DNA of 63,984 nucleotides from positions 63,175,176 to 63,239,159 of the forward strand of contig JARFYF010000084.1 of the NCBI GenBank assembly GCA_030265395.1, in the 5' to 3' direction. Of the stretch, positions 37,055 to 50,164 are shown one piece after another (within the stretch, counting starts at the first letter, position 1; each line of letters begins with the position of its first letter). The translations under genes were made by a program, and so were the position numbers. Below the pieces are notes generated by a model. It was not told where the DNA came from. It was given only the letters and a program-made list of their open reading frames with translations, and searched no databases. Origin of the DNA: Rhina ancylostomus. Taxonomy: Eukaryota.

Positions 37055-37660
37055 CAGGAGATGCTTCTCAACCCACTGAGTTCCTCCAGCATATTGTTTG
37101 TTGCTCCAGATTCAAGCATCTGCAGTCTCTTATGTCTCCAGAATATTCAGTAGTATTCTAAATATGCTTTCTGCCTCTATGCATTGATCACTTTCTTTAT
37201 CAGTAAGTGACCCCACCCCTCATTTTACTAACTTTTTAATTTACATGCCAATAAAAGATTTTTGTTACCCCTTTTATGTTGAGTGACGTTTCCGGGAGTA
37301 CAATACGCAATGTTATGATTTTCTGGGTTGAATGATGCCACTCCAGAAATTCCACTACGCACTTCCCATTGCAAATCGGGCATGCACAGATGGGTCCTTT
37401 TCCACATCAGTTGCAGATTTAATAACATCATACTTCCTGAGGCAGAAGTTGATCCAAACCCCTTCTGCCACTGGTGACTGACAACCAGGATTTCCTGGCA
37501 TTTGAAAATACAGAAATTGCAGGTGCTGAAAATCTGAAACAAAAACAGAAAATGCTGGAAACACATACCAGGTCAGGCAGCATGTTTGGAAAGTGAAACA
37601 GTTAGCATTTCAGGTCTGGGACCCTCTGTCAGAATTGGGAAAGAGAGAACCCAAGTTAGA
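37055..37660. mobile_element. two Penelope-type terminal repeat fragments (37055-37140 +; 37505-37650 -)
   Basis: agatgcttctcaacccactgagttcctccagc...gcatctgcagtctc and aattgcaggtgctgaaaatctgaaac...caggtcaggcagcat...gttagcatttcaggtc. Confidence 0.7.
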
Positions 37661-38012
37661 TTTAATTCGCTGAGAGTATGGGGGGAGCACAAATGGAAAT
37701 GGCTAAATGTGGTAGTTCAGAAGCAGATAAAATCAGAGTAAGTTTCTTTGTCTGTGTTGCCGTGGGTCCTGTGCAACAGGCCAGACTATACAAAAAAAAA
37801 GGAGAAAAAAATTCATGGTACTGTTTTTTTCTGCAGCTGTGTAATTGCAACCTTGGCCTGAGAGATTGTAGTGAGTTCTCCTTTCCACTTTGTGAATATT
37901 AATGGGGCAAAGTTTTTTCCCTTTGAGGTTACAAGAATCAATCTACTTATTTATTTTTCTTCCAAAGAACAAGAAAAACTCAATTTTAGAAAATGTACAT
38001 GAAATGATTTAA

Positions 38013-38138
38013 GGTGCTCCAGTTTCCTCCCACATTCCAAAGATGTACGGGTAGGCTAATTTGGGGTTTAAAAAAAATGGGTAGTGTGGACTCGTTGGGC
38101 CGGAAGGGCCTGTTACCATGCTGTAAATAAAATTAAGA
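38013..38138 (+). mobile_element. V-SINE 3' half with CR1-type tail
   Basis: ggtgctccagtttcctcccacattccaaaga...ggactcgttgggccggaagggcctgttaccatgctgtaaataaaa, paralogous to 13723-13840. Confidence 0.88.
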
Positions 38139-38434
38139 AAAAAATGTAATCTTCACTCGAACTAGCATTGGGTCTTCCTTGGTGAAAGGATTTTATTTGC
38201 ACTTTCATTCTTAAATATTTGTTTTAAAATCAATGAGATTGCTTATTGATTTCAATAGGGATGATTTGCACCTGGATAGTGTTGAATTAGGAATTGACTT
38301 TGGTGAAAAATCAGTTGATGCAGTAATATTATATCATATTAGTTAAAGCCCACAGTAACTAATGTGACATAACACTCAACATTTTGTGTTCGTTTAGTAT
38401 AGTTATTGGTGTTATATGAAATATCTTTGCATGT

Positions 38435-38865
38435 TATTTCAGTTGCTTTTCACTCTGAAATCTCTCCCACTCCAGAAATATGAGTGCAAAAGTGTAAGTT
38501 AACCCTTCAATTCATTGCTGAGAGATTATTGCAGTGTCAGGAATGGTGACTTTCAAATGAGAAGTCATTTTTGGCATGCTGTCTTGGGTAGAAATAAAAA
38601 TAATATCCCTTGGCTATATCTCAGAGAAATGTTGGGTTCTCCCTTTTGCCTGGTCAATATTTATCTTTCAATAGTACACAAAATAATCTAATTATATGAT
38701 GATTATTGGACCCTTTTTGCAGAAGGTTGCTGTGCACAAAGTCTTTGTCATAATTTTTCGCATTACAATTGGAACTACAATTCTAAAAATTAGATACTGT
38801 TCTGTAAAGTGCTTTGGAATGTCCTGAGGTTGTGAAAGGCACCACATGAAATCAAGTCTTCTTTT
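38435..38865 (+). mobile_element. DeuSINE/SacSINE1-like SINE, near full length, degraded
   Basis: cccactccagaaatatgagtgc head; cctggtcaatatttatctttcaa; tail gtaaagtgctttggaatgtcctgaggttgtgaaaggcacc. Confidence 0.75.
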
Positions 38866-39759
38866 AATCAAGGTTCTATAATCAACTTCCTATCTTTATT
38901 ATTTAAACAGAAAATGTAAATAAAATATTCCCCGAAAACTAAACTGTATGTAGCAAGAATTTAATAAAATGAGTTTAGATCCTGTGAGAGATATAGGTAT
39001 GACGTAACAGTATCTTGGATTTGTGAAGTACTTATATGGGTAGTGGTATGTCCATCACTCTCTTCTTTGAGTTAGCACTGAAATAATACTTGAATTATTA
39101 TTTCATCCTTTAGATTACTTTATAGCATGGCATACAGGCTTAAAAATCATTATTTTAATAATTATTTTTTAATATAAAATCACAGTAGTGTCTGTTAAGA
39201 TTCAAAATTTAAGAAGTAAAATTATAGGCAAATCAGACACTTCCTTGGAACCTTAATCCCTCAAAACATGGGGAAAAACAGCATGATTCTTGCATTTTAT
39301 TGCAGAATTATGGGAGTGATCAGATACAGTTGTAATTATATGTTCATGATTTAATAACTTCTCAAAGTTATGAGAATAACTTCATGTAAAATAGTATTAA
39401 GTCTTTCTTGTCTGGGCTTTAGGGTCCAAGTTAAACTTAACAGTTTTCTGAAAGATCGCCATGATCTTTGCTATTCATTGGTTAAATTATGACCCAGTTT
39501 AAATATCACCAACATTAACAAGCTAAGCCATGTTAATGCAATAATAAGAAACCAGATTAACAAGGCAATTTGATGCAACTTACCAAAAACCTGATTTAAG
39601 GCTGATCGTAAAGCATTCTTCCTTATGCAAAAATGATTTGTTTGTGAAATGGACATTAGAAGCAAAGGACTTGAATTATATGAAAGAAGTTGCATATGAA
39701 AGAGGTAGTTATTTGTGAATAAATGAGCCATAGAGAACCAACTAGATTTTCTAATTAAT

Positions 39760-40790
39760 ATAAGAACATTAGAATAAAATAAATAGGAGAAGGACTGGAC
39801 CGTTCAGTCACATGAGCCTTTTTTACCTTCAGGCTGATTCTATTTCAAAGACTACTTTTCTGTCCTATCTCTATATCTGAATCAGAAACAGGTTTACTAT
39901 CACTGACGTATGTCGTGAAATTTAGTGATATAGACATAAAAATTACTATAAGTTACAAAAATANNNNNNNNNNNNNNNNNNNNNNNNNNNNNNNNNNNNN
40001 NNNNNNNNNNNNNNNNNNNNNNNNNNNNNNNNNNNNNNNNNNNNNNNNNNNNNNNNNNNNNNNGACATAAAAATTACTATAAGTTACAAAAATAAATAAA
40101 TAGTGCAAAAGAGGAATAGCAAAGTAGTGTTCATGGGTTTGTGGACTGTTCAGAAATCTGAAGTTGGAGGGAAGGAAGCTGTTCCTGAAACATTGAGTGT
40201 GGGTCTTCAGGCTCCTGTACCTCCTGCCCAATGGTGGTAATGTGAAGAGGGTGGTGAGGGTCCTTAATGATGGATGCCACCTTCTTGAGGCAGCGCCTCT
40301 TGAAGATGTCCTGGTTGGCAGGGAGGGTTGTGCCTTGATGGAGCTGCTGAGTCTACAACCCTCTGCAGCCACTTTCGATCCTGCAATTTCTTTAATATTC
40401 AGTAATCCAAGAACTTCTGTTATGCAATCTATCAACGACTGAGCTTGTCAGCTTTCTGAAGCAAAGAATTTTGAAGAATCATCATCTGTAGAGTGAAGAA
40501 ATTTCTCCTGATTTCAGCCCTAAATGTGCTATCCTGTATTTTGAGAATGTGACTTATTCTAGACTCCTTAGCTGAGGAAACATCCACCATGCATCTATCC
40601 TGCCAAGTCCTATAAAAATGTTGCACGCTTCAATGAGGTTATCTTTGGTTCTGCTAAACTCTGAAGAAGGAGGTCTGGCGTACTTAATATCTCCTCATAG
40701 GACAGACCCAGCATCCCAGAAATCAACCTGGCAAATCTTTTCTGAACTTCCTCTATTACATACATATTCTTTTGTCAGATCCAAATTTTA
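39760..40790 (-). mobile_element. CR1 3' portion with nested Rex1/Babar 3' end (~39880-40385)
   Basis: Rex1 C-terminus TLFTLPPLGRRYRSLKTHTQCFRNSFLP...RFLN (ORF 39953-40435); CR1 remnant FRAEIRRNFFT (ORF 40432-40626). Confidence 0.85.
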
Positions 40791-41554
40791 TGGATCCCTT
40801 TTGTGATCCTCTTGCGTAGTTTCAAGCCTCCTTGGATGATACAGCTTCAGTAACTCAGTTGTCCACATTGGCTGTAGCTAATAATCTCTATTCAAGATTC
40901 TGCTGTCAGTATAAACAGTGGAATAGAATTTTCCTTCTTGGTGCTCACAGGTAGATAACTTCTGAGTAGGAGGAAGCAGCTGTTTGTGTCTTTTCTCTTC
41001 TGGGCCATTTGCATGGTCGAGGAGCTTCAGGCAAAGGCTTCTCCTGGCTTGGCCAAGTGATTCAAAAATCATGGAGGAGGTGCAAACACAGCTGCTGATT
41101 CCTCCCAGAGCTCCAGGCCTGAGCACACTACAGCTGTGCACCTGACCTCTGAGATCAAGTCCATCTGGCTGTTGCTGGAAAATGGCTGTCTGATAGATCT
41201 AAATTTCAAATCAACCACTAGAATGACTTTCTCATTGAAGAAAATTCTTATCATGCCTTTTTATCTTTTCACCTGCCCCACGTAATATTGCAGCCTTCTA
41301 AAGCACAGGGTCCAGAGGCCAAGACTTGGTGCTAGATCTCTACAGCCAGCAAGAAATAAGGCTTGCTCCAATTTCTCTATCATATCTTGCAATGTTCCAC
41401 CTGCTATCTTCCAGTGGTGAAAAAAGAATATACCCACAGTGGATAAGTCCTCAGAGTTTGGATATGGGCAGGCAGGACAGAAATCTGTCTTTTATTTTCC
41501 TTTCAACCAAAAATAATACCACTTTAGAGCTATTTCTATTTTGAGTGATTCAGC

Positions 41555-41990
41555 CCTTACTCAGTGGGTAGCATTCTCTCACACTCGGAAGGTTTTGATT
41601 CATGTTCTACTCTGGGGACAAAAATCTGGGCTGGCATTTCAGTGCAGAACTGAGAGAGTATTAGGCTCTTGGAGTGGCTGTCTTTCTGACGATGTGTTAA
41701 CTCGAGGCTCCTGCAAATGTGAATGGCTCTGCGGTAGGATTTTGTGGAGCAAGTGACTCAGCCCAGAATTCTACCAGTGTTTATCTTTCAACCAATATAG
41801 CTAAAAACAGATGATCCAGTTGTTATTAGATTGTTGTTTAGGAGAGTTTGGTGTTTTTGAATTTGCTGCCATAGCTCCTAAGTTAGAACAGTGAGCACAC
41901 CTTTTAAAAGTTAATTTGTTGGCTGGGAAGTATTTTTAGACATCATGAAAGCAGTGAAAGGGATGACATAAACATTAATCTTTACTTTTT
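41555..41990 (+). mobile_element. DeuSINE/SacSINE1-like SINE (degraded)
   Basis: ctcagtgggtagcattctc head; cagtgcagaactgagagag; gtgtttatctttcaaccaa...aaaacagatgatccag. Confidence 0.7.
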
Positions 41991-42874
41991 TTTAAATGAA
42001 CTACCATGATCATACAAATGGAGAATGACATAAAATAAGATAGAATTAGGAAATAAACAGCAGAATAATAAGCTGCCATGTGGGAATTTGCACTTGAACT
42101 CAAACCCATTAGGGTTAAGTATATCACCTATACACTTGTTTAGGGCTATAATTACCATTGCCAGATTATGACATTCACACATTGGCAGAGTTGAAAATGT
42201 TTTGGTGAGGAGTCAGTTAAAAATATATATGGCTTTGGTTCCCACTGACCACAACTCTAAGTCAGTACTTTAACTTGACCTTGAGAAGGCTAGATTGGCT
42301 TCTTTCATTGAGCCTCATTTAACATTTAAGCATCTTACAATTGCTATTGCATCAAACTCCTTCTGTTTTTCTTCCTTTTTTTTAAACAACTATCCATTTA
42401 CTTGGTTAGCCTTTGCAATTTGATTCAGGTCTTAGTCCAGTACTTAAAATCAAGCAGTTCATCTATCTTAGCTTCCAGTGTCTGGACTTCTTGCCTTGTT
42501 GCAGTGATCATCACGTACATACAAATAAACATATAGGTGTAGGAGGATGTTGAGGGATGAAGGCAGTGAGAGGTGAGCCACTGTGGGTGCCTGTAGTCAT
42601 GAAGAGTGCTGTGGAATCAGGAAGAGCAACATTGTTCCATGTAGTTCCAGGTTCTTTTTTTTAGAATTTCGATTTACCTTTAGAGTTGATGGTTTATAAG
42701 TCATATCGTGACCTGATATCCTTACTGAGCAGTCCTGAGAACTGTTGCACACAATGCAGCTTGGTTATTCCCCCTGTTCTTTCCATCCCTAACATTGTCT
42801 GCAAATTAATGCATGCCTATTTTCTCATTTTTTCCAGGCATGATGAAAGGTCATCATTTGAATTATCAGCAGAC

Positions 42875-43026
42875 TTAGAACCATAGAACACTACAGCACA
42901 GAGGAACAAGCCATTCAGCCCTTCTTGTCTGTGCCAAAACATTATTCTGCTAGTCCCATTTACCTGCACCCAGTCCATAACCCTCCAGACCTCTCCTGTT
43001 CATGTATCTATCCAATTTATTCTTAA
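42875..43026 (-). mobile_element. CR1 LINE 3' end
   Basis: agaaccatagaacactacagcacag...ccattcagccc; KNKLDRYMNRRGLEGYG on the minus strand. Confidence 0.88.
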
Positions 43027-43287
43027 NNNNNNNNNNNNNNNNNNNNNNNNNNNNNNNNNNNNNNNNNNNNNNNNNNNNNNNNNNNNNNNNNNNNNNNNNN
43101 NNNNNNNNNNNNNNNNNNNNNNNNNNTACCTTCATCATTCCCCTGAGGCAGAACAAAACAGTTCTGGACATATATGCAGAAAAGTCTCTGAGATAAAGGC
43201 GAAGTGAATTGGTAGGTCACCATCAAAAAAAAGTGTGGTTTTAGTTGACAATCATAATTCCGGGCTGTGAGTTTGCACCACCAATCA

Positions 43288-43690
43288 TGTTCAAGTTCAA
43301 GTGAAAGTTTATTGTCATGGGCATACTTACCCAGGGTATAAATGCCAAGAAAATTAACCCTTTTCAGCAGTCGCATAGTACCTTACAAACATGACAAATA
43401 TAAATGAACATACACTTAAATAAACATAAATTATACATAACCTACATGACAAAATAAACATAACAACGATAGTGCAGGTTGAGGGAGAGAAGTAAAGAAA
43501 TATAGTCCGAAGCAGTATAAAGGTTTTTCAAATCAGTGTAGTGGGGAAGCAATTGTTGTTGAACCTTGAGCTGTAGGTCTTCAGACTCCTGTACTTCTCG
43601 TCTGATGGAAGCAACGAGAAGAGGGCATGGTCCGAATGGTGGGTCCTTACTAGTAGATGTTGCCTTCCTGAGACATTACCTCTAGTTGAT
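43288..43690 (-). mobile_element. Rex1/Babar LINE 3' end
   Basis: (ttcaag)n tail plus tttattgtca; HHSDHALFSLLPSDEKYRSLKTYSSRFNNNCFPT. Confidence 0.88.
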
Positions 43691-44294
43691 TTCCTCACCA
43701 CCCTATCCACTTTTAGGGAACAATGGACTTGAACTCCAAGATCCATCTTTTCATCGACATTCCTTAGAGCCCCATCATTTACTGCATATCTGCCTGGAGA
43801 TTGAGTGAATTCACAATTGTTTGAACTTACAACAATACAGTGATATAAATAATTAATTTATTGTGTAATCTCATGTGTAAGCAGTTTGATAATATGATGG
43901 TTTTCTTTTTAATGGGTAAGTAGTATAGTGTATATCAAGGTAACCTTCATGAATTGTTTTGACTCTTGATATTCTGTTCTGCCCAGTTTAGTTGAAAGTT
44001 ATTGACTTTATTTGTAGCTCTACCTCTTTTTATTTGCATACACAAACAGAAACATCAAGAAACCTACAGACATTAAAGCTATGGCATTTTGAAGATTCAA
44101 ATAGTGACATTGATCATCTCTTACGTATCTACTTTATGAGGGGTAGGCACATGGCTTTGACTGTTTCAGCTGTCTCTTCCCACTGTACCTAATGTGAACA
44201 TCAGGATAGCCTTTAGCCCTCACTGAAAATCGGTCATCCCTTGTCCCTCTTCCATCCACCTAAGCGTGTGATCACAAGAAGTCACGTCACAAGA

Positions 44295-45250
44295 GGATGG
44301 TTATAATGCAGAAAGAGGCTGTTCAGCCCACCGTATCCATCTTGGCTTTCTACAAGAGCAACTCACTAGTTCTACTCTTTATTCTGCATATATGTTATCT
44401 CCTCATTCTTCCTACCAAAATGCATCACCTTACATTTTCCACATTAAGAATCATCTGTCATGTGCCTGCCCATTCCCACAGCCTGGCTATGCCCTGTTAA
44501 AATTTATCACTCTCCCCCAAGCAATCTACACTGCCAAGTTTTATGACACATGCAAAGTTAGAAATTTTGTGGCTTGAACCCCCATGTTGAGGTCATTAAC
44601 ACCTGGTCAAGAAAAGCAAAGGCTCAACATGAGTTCCAAGAGAAGGTCACTATTCACCTTCACCCAATCCAAATAACATCCGCCACAACCCTCTGCGGTC
44701 TATTGTTCAGCCAACTTCATATCCATCCCCTTTTATGTCATGTGCTCTAACAGAGCTGAAATGCCTGTTATGAGGCACCTTATTTAAAGTCTTCAGGAAG
44801 TAATCTGTATACTCCTACCCTTGTTTACTATCTCTCAGTCCAGACTGGTATATTCCTCCAATTCCATATGATCCAAAGTAATTCAGTAACTTCCTATATG
44901 AGATGTTATCTAAAGCCTTCTGAGAATCTAAATATGCCACATCCATTTGGTTTCCCATCATCTACTGGATTTATTCTCAAAGAACTTCAAATATGTTGAC
45001 TCTGCTCACTCATATTATTTAAGTGTCTTGATAACACCTCCGATGGATTCCAACATTTACCAATGTCAGACATACAGGTTGGTAGTTCTCTGTTTTCTCT
45101 CTCTTTCCTCTTTTAAATGACGCAGTAACACTTGTTACTCTCCAATCTGCAGGAAAAATTCTAGAATCTGTAGAATCTTGGAAGATTTCTTTTGCCCCTT
45201 TGCGCATGAAGACAGATACAAAGTAATTATTTAATACCTCTGCTATTGAT
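44295..45250 (-). mobile_element. degraded CR1 LINE fragments
   Basis: IAEVLNNYFVSVF...IFQDSTDSRIFPADWRVTSVTASFKRGKREKTENYQPVCLT (ORF 45019-45261). Confidence 0.8.
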
Positions 45251-47556
45251 ATATCCCTCATTATAATTAAGGACTTCAGTGCAGTGTCAGAAGACTATGT
45301 GGGCTGCAAGTTGCAAACTATTCAAGCATTTGCTGCAAAAAAACAGTTCTTGTTAAATTGCAGAGTGGCTTTTGAACTGACTTTGCCACAAATGAAATCA
45401 AGCCTTTATTTGTGGGGAAGAAAAGCCATTGAATTATATAGTTATGCTAATTATATGGTTACACCAATATAATAAGAATGCCATATGCATTTTGGACCAA
45501 ACAGACTTAAGTTAATTATGCATCACGAACATGAGATCTTTCTCAAGATCAATTCAATTTGTCACTGATTTGCTTATTTTATTGAAAGGTTGCTAAAGCA
45601 TAGAAAATCATGTAAGTATTTTCTCCTTGTGATACATCCAAACTGTATTTAAATGAACGTTATAACGGCAATTGTTTTTGATTGCTTATTGCTCCCCACT
45701 TGCCTTTTCTTCCCTGGCATTTGACATGAATGTGCAAAATATTTATTATTTGCTTTACAGATGCCAGAAATGATGAAAAGTGGGGAGATACAGAAATTGT
45801 ATTATTGTGGCAGTAGTAGGAAATTCCAATAATTTCTTCCCATTACCAAACAATGTGCATATAACAGGTAATAGATTGGAGTTAAAAGGCAATAATTAAT
45901 TAATAATTCTGTTGACATTATGAACAAGTTTGAAAAGTTTGTAAGAATACTGAAGTCATATTATTCTTTTAAACTCCCAGCTGGCTGACATCAATAAGGG
46001 CTTCTTAAGCCCACTGCCCCCCCCCTCTCATTGCAAATTTCTCTTTCAAAGGAATACTTAACAGATGTTAAGTATCTAACTAATTGCAAAGACATATTTT
46101 CAGTTTCAAAACTGGATTAACATCACTTTGAGTTGACTTTCTAAATTATGTTTTACATACAATCAAGTGATGGCTCACCTGTGGTAAAGTGCAATGCTAA
46201 TTTTCAGACCTAAGGTCCATGTAGATGTACTTTGTTTATAAAGCACAATGATTATATGATTAAATAGCTGCATACATATTATAAAAAATTGTGCATATTT
46301 TAGACATGTTGGCTCATTAATGTCAATTTTGTGTTGCTCAAACTTGTCATAGTAAGTAAGAAGCAAAGTCACAAATAGTTTCTGAAATATAATTATATTC
46401 AGGACATTCTAGCATTAATTTGTTTTCATTTTATACAGGAGTTCAGTTAAATAACATGGTTCAAAGCTAAAAGGGGATGCCCTAATGTGGTGTAGTATGA
46501 ATATAAAGCTCACGGTCTGAGCTAAAAATAGATGACATGACAATGTTATTCAGTTGATGCTGTGCTACTTATCAGTAGAAAAAACAGTCAAAATTAGGTT
46601 TTTGAGTATTTTCATTTCTATTCTGATTGCTTGAATTTCAGTAATATTTCAACATGTAGTTTGCTCCTAAATCTTGGGGCTACTATATTTAGCGTTGCTA
46701 TGTGAATGACAACTCTGGTTGTTACTGAGGCATTAGCCTATCTTAAATTAAAGTTACTGCTTTTGTTAGGGTAGCCATTAAAGGAATCTCTGAGCATCTA
46801 TTCTTTGATACATATCACATCCTCTGGGCCTAAAAAAATCGAAATCAGCTACTATTTGTTTTAATCACTCTTGGTGCTTTGCTGCATGTAAAAAAATGCT
46901 TAATAACAATTAGAAATCTTAATGATATATTTTCTAACATCCACATACTCTGCTGTCAGAAGTAGCTGACTCTTTTGATAATTATTACTTGTCACACTCT
47001 GTTGGTTCTTGTTGAGTCATGTTGTAACGTGTCTTCAAGCTGTTGTCAAGATGAAGATGTGACTGTATTCCATCTTGGTAATAGTCTTTGACCTCTGACC
47101 TTAAAATGCTTGATGCTTACAATTATTGTTTTGCCATGAGGTGGTACAACAGCTTTTACAGCTGAAGCAAGCAATTTCAGTTCAGTTCTTTGCTGTATGG
47201 TCTTGCCTTAAGTATATACAGTATCTGATGCAGTATGGAATCTAATGCAGTGCACAAGATACAAACGTCAAGAGGAATAATGGATGTGTGCCAAGATTCC
47301 CACCTCATTCTGATAGCCACAATAAACCACTCCCACTGTAGCAATGGGAAACAACAACAGTAAACAACTATCTCTGCACTGCAGTAGGGCCTGCAATAAA
47401 CTTCTCCAAATGTACAGTTGTGGGAACCACTTCTATTGAAGTGCAGTAAAAATACAGAAAATTGCCAGTTCATCCTTGCAGTGAGAGTCACAGTAAACTA
47501 TTTCTAATGGTTTGTAGTTAGAAGTACAGATTTACGACATTGTTCACCATGAGAAA

Positions 47557-49112
47557 ATAAGAACATAAGAAATAGGAGCAGGAGTAGGCCATTTGGCCTG
47601 TCGAGCCTGCTCCGCCATTCAGTAAGATCATGGCTGCTCTGGCCATGGATTCAGATCCACCTACCTGCCTTTTCCCCATAACCCCTAATTCCCCAACATG
47701 CAAAAATCTATCTAACTGTGTCTTAAATATATTTAATGAGGTAGCCCCTACTGCTTCCCTGGGCAGAGAATTCCACAGATTCACNNNNNNNNNNNNNNNN
47801 NNNNNNNNNNNNNNNNNNNNNNNNNNNNNNNNNNNNNNNNNNNNNNNNNNNNNNNNNNNNNNNNNNNNNNNNNNNNNNNNNNNNNNNNNNNNNNNNNNNN
47901 NNNNNNNNNNNNNNNNNNNNNNNNNNNNNNNNNNNNNNNNNNNNNNNNNNNNNNNNNNNNNNNNNNNNNNNNNNNNNNNNNNNNNNNNNNNNNNNNNNNN
48001 NNNNNNNNNNNNNNNNNNNNNNNNNNNNNNNNNNNNNNNNNNNNNNNNNNNNNNNNNNNNNNNNNNNNNNNNNNNNNNNNNNNNNNNNNNNNNNNNNNNN
48101 NNNNNNNNNNNNNNNNNNNNNNNNNNNNNNNNNNNNNNNNNNNNNNNNNNNNNNNNNNNNCCTCTCGCATTGAAGGCCAACATTCCATCTGTCTTCTTGA
48201 TAATCTGTTGCACCTGCAAACCAACCTTTTGTGATTCATGCACAAGCACTCCCAAGTACCTCTGAAAAACAGCATGCTGCAATCTTTCACCATTTAAATA
48301 ACAATCTGACCTTTTAATTTTTCTTCCAAAGTGGATGACCTCACATTTATCAACACTGTACTCCATCTGCCAGACATTTGCCCACTCACTTAACCTATCC
48401 ATATCTATCTGCAGAATCTCCACATCCTCTGCGCAATTTGCTTTTCTGCTCAATTTAGTGTCATCAGCAAACTTAGATCTGCTACACTCGGTCACCTCTT
48501 CCAAATCATTAACGTATATTGTGAACAGTTGCGGGCCCAGCACTGACCCCTTCGGTACTCTGCTCACCACTGGTTGCCAACTAGAGAAATACCCATTTAT
48601 CCCAACTCTTTACCTTCTATTTGTTAACCAATCCTCTATCCATTCTAATACCTTACCCCAACCATGCATCCTTATCTTAGGGATAAGTCTTTTATTGAAT
48701 GCCTTCTGGAAATTCAAGTATACAACATCCACCTGTTCCCCTCTATCCACTGTACTCATTATATCCCTAAAGAACTCTAGTAAGTTTGTCAAACAGAACC
48801 TACCCTTCCTGAATCTATGCTGTGTCTGCCTGATGGAACCTGTTCTATCCAGATATCTTGCTATTTCTCCCTTAATGATGGCTTCAAGCATTTTCCCAAC
48901 TACACACATTAAGCTAACTGGCCTGTAGTTACCTGCCTTTTGCCTACATCCTTTTTTAAACAGTGGTGTGACATTCACTGTCTTCCAGTCCACCAGGACC
49001 TGCCCAGAGCCCAGAGAATTTTGGTAAATTATCACAAATGCCTCTATTATAACTTATGCCATCTCTTTCAGTACCCTGGAATGCATCCTATCATGACTTG
49101 GGGACTTGTCTA
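47557..49112 (-). mobile_element. 5'-truncated CR1 LINE (RT pseudogene plus 3' end)
   Basis: ORFs 48610-49035 (DWKTVNVTPLFKKG..NYRPVSL..FCLTNLLEFF) and 47518-48570 (VPKGSVLGPQLFTIYVNDL..KFADDTK). Tail ataagaacataagaaataggagcaggagtaggcc on +. Confidence 0.96.
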
Positions 49113-49534
49113 CCATGGAATTACAGATTAAGGTCATAGACACAGGCTCAGGTTTAACTGACCTTTGGATTGCTGGCTAGCTGGAAAGCTCACACTGGCA
49201 CCTTCCAGACATATATCTGCACAGTGTATCATGGGAGTTCTTAACACACTCTGTCCCTAGGCGTACACTGGGTCCAAGTACCATTCCATTATCATCTGAG
49301 CTGAGGATCCAGATACTTTTGTATGCAGACCCTTTGTGGTCCCCAAGTTTCTTCAACATTTTCTAAGTTCTCTGTTCATCAGAGGCATTTAGAAATGGTG
49401 AAATCATCTTAGACGTTATGAATTGTGAGGCCTCAAGATCACTGGGAGTCACCAGGTTGCAAAAGATTAGTACAGTCCAGGGGCTAGTGCAGGGATTAAG
49501 GCATAGGCTGGGTCCAGTATTATCTGTAAATTAA

Positions 49535-49705
49535 AAGAACTGCAGATTCTGGAAGTTTTAAATAAAAATAGAACATGTTGGAAACACTTAGCATTGTCAG
49601 GCAGCATCTGTGGAAAGAGAAACAAAGTTAACCTTTCAGGTCCGAAGCCCTTGTCCACTGATGCTGTCTGACTGTTTCCTGCTTTTTCTATTTTCATTCT
49701 AGCAC
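49535..49705. mobile_element. older Penelope-end element with partial fold-back
   Basis: aactgcagattctgg...tcaggcagcatctgtggaaagag...gttaacctttcaggtc followed by gatgctgtctga. Confidence 0.65.
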
Positions 49706-50164
49706 TATCTGGCCTAACTTTTCTTCCATGTGAATAAAGATGACTATGTATCTTCTGTTGACAGTTATATTTTTTTTATTGTTGAATGCTATTTGCTTGC
49801 GTTGAGCTTGAAGTTGTTTGGATGAAGTACTGATCATAATATTCATGAGAGCTATGTTAACATAGTGGGAAGAGAATTCCTGCAGAAGCATGCTATTACC
49901 ATAACTTTCCCTCAGGAATTAACAGGAATTAATGGATAATTACACATTGGCACCTTCCTTTTTCATTAATTTCAGTTTTGTAAGAATAAGATTGCAAAAG
50001 GCAGATTGTAATTCCACAGCTGCATTCATTATCCAGGAATCTCCTATAGTACTCTACTCTCACGGAATTTCTTTTAAGGTGTGGTTACTATTGTGAAAGA
50101 TGTTACAAGAAAAATATGGTGACGTTACTTGTAACCCATTTCTATCTTAACTGGCTAGTTTTGT

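Noticed and set aside
37281-37300. gtgacgtttccgggag, CRE/ETS-like promoter motif
   Set aside because: An isolated short motif with no CpG island or associated first exon.
39933-40094. Direct repeat gacataaaa(a)ttactataagttacaaaaata around a gap (similar case at 20062-20230)
   Set aside because: Gap-flank overlap artefact within LINE 3' ends.
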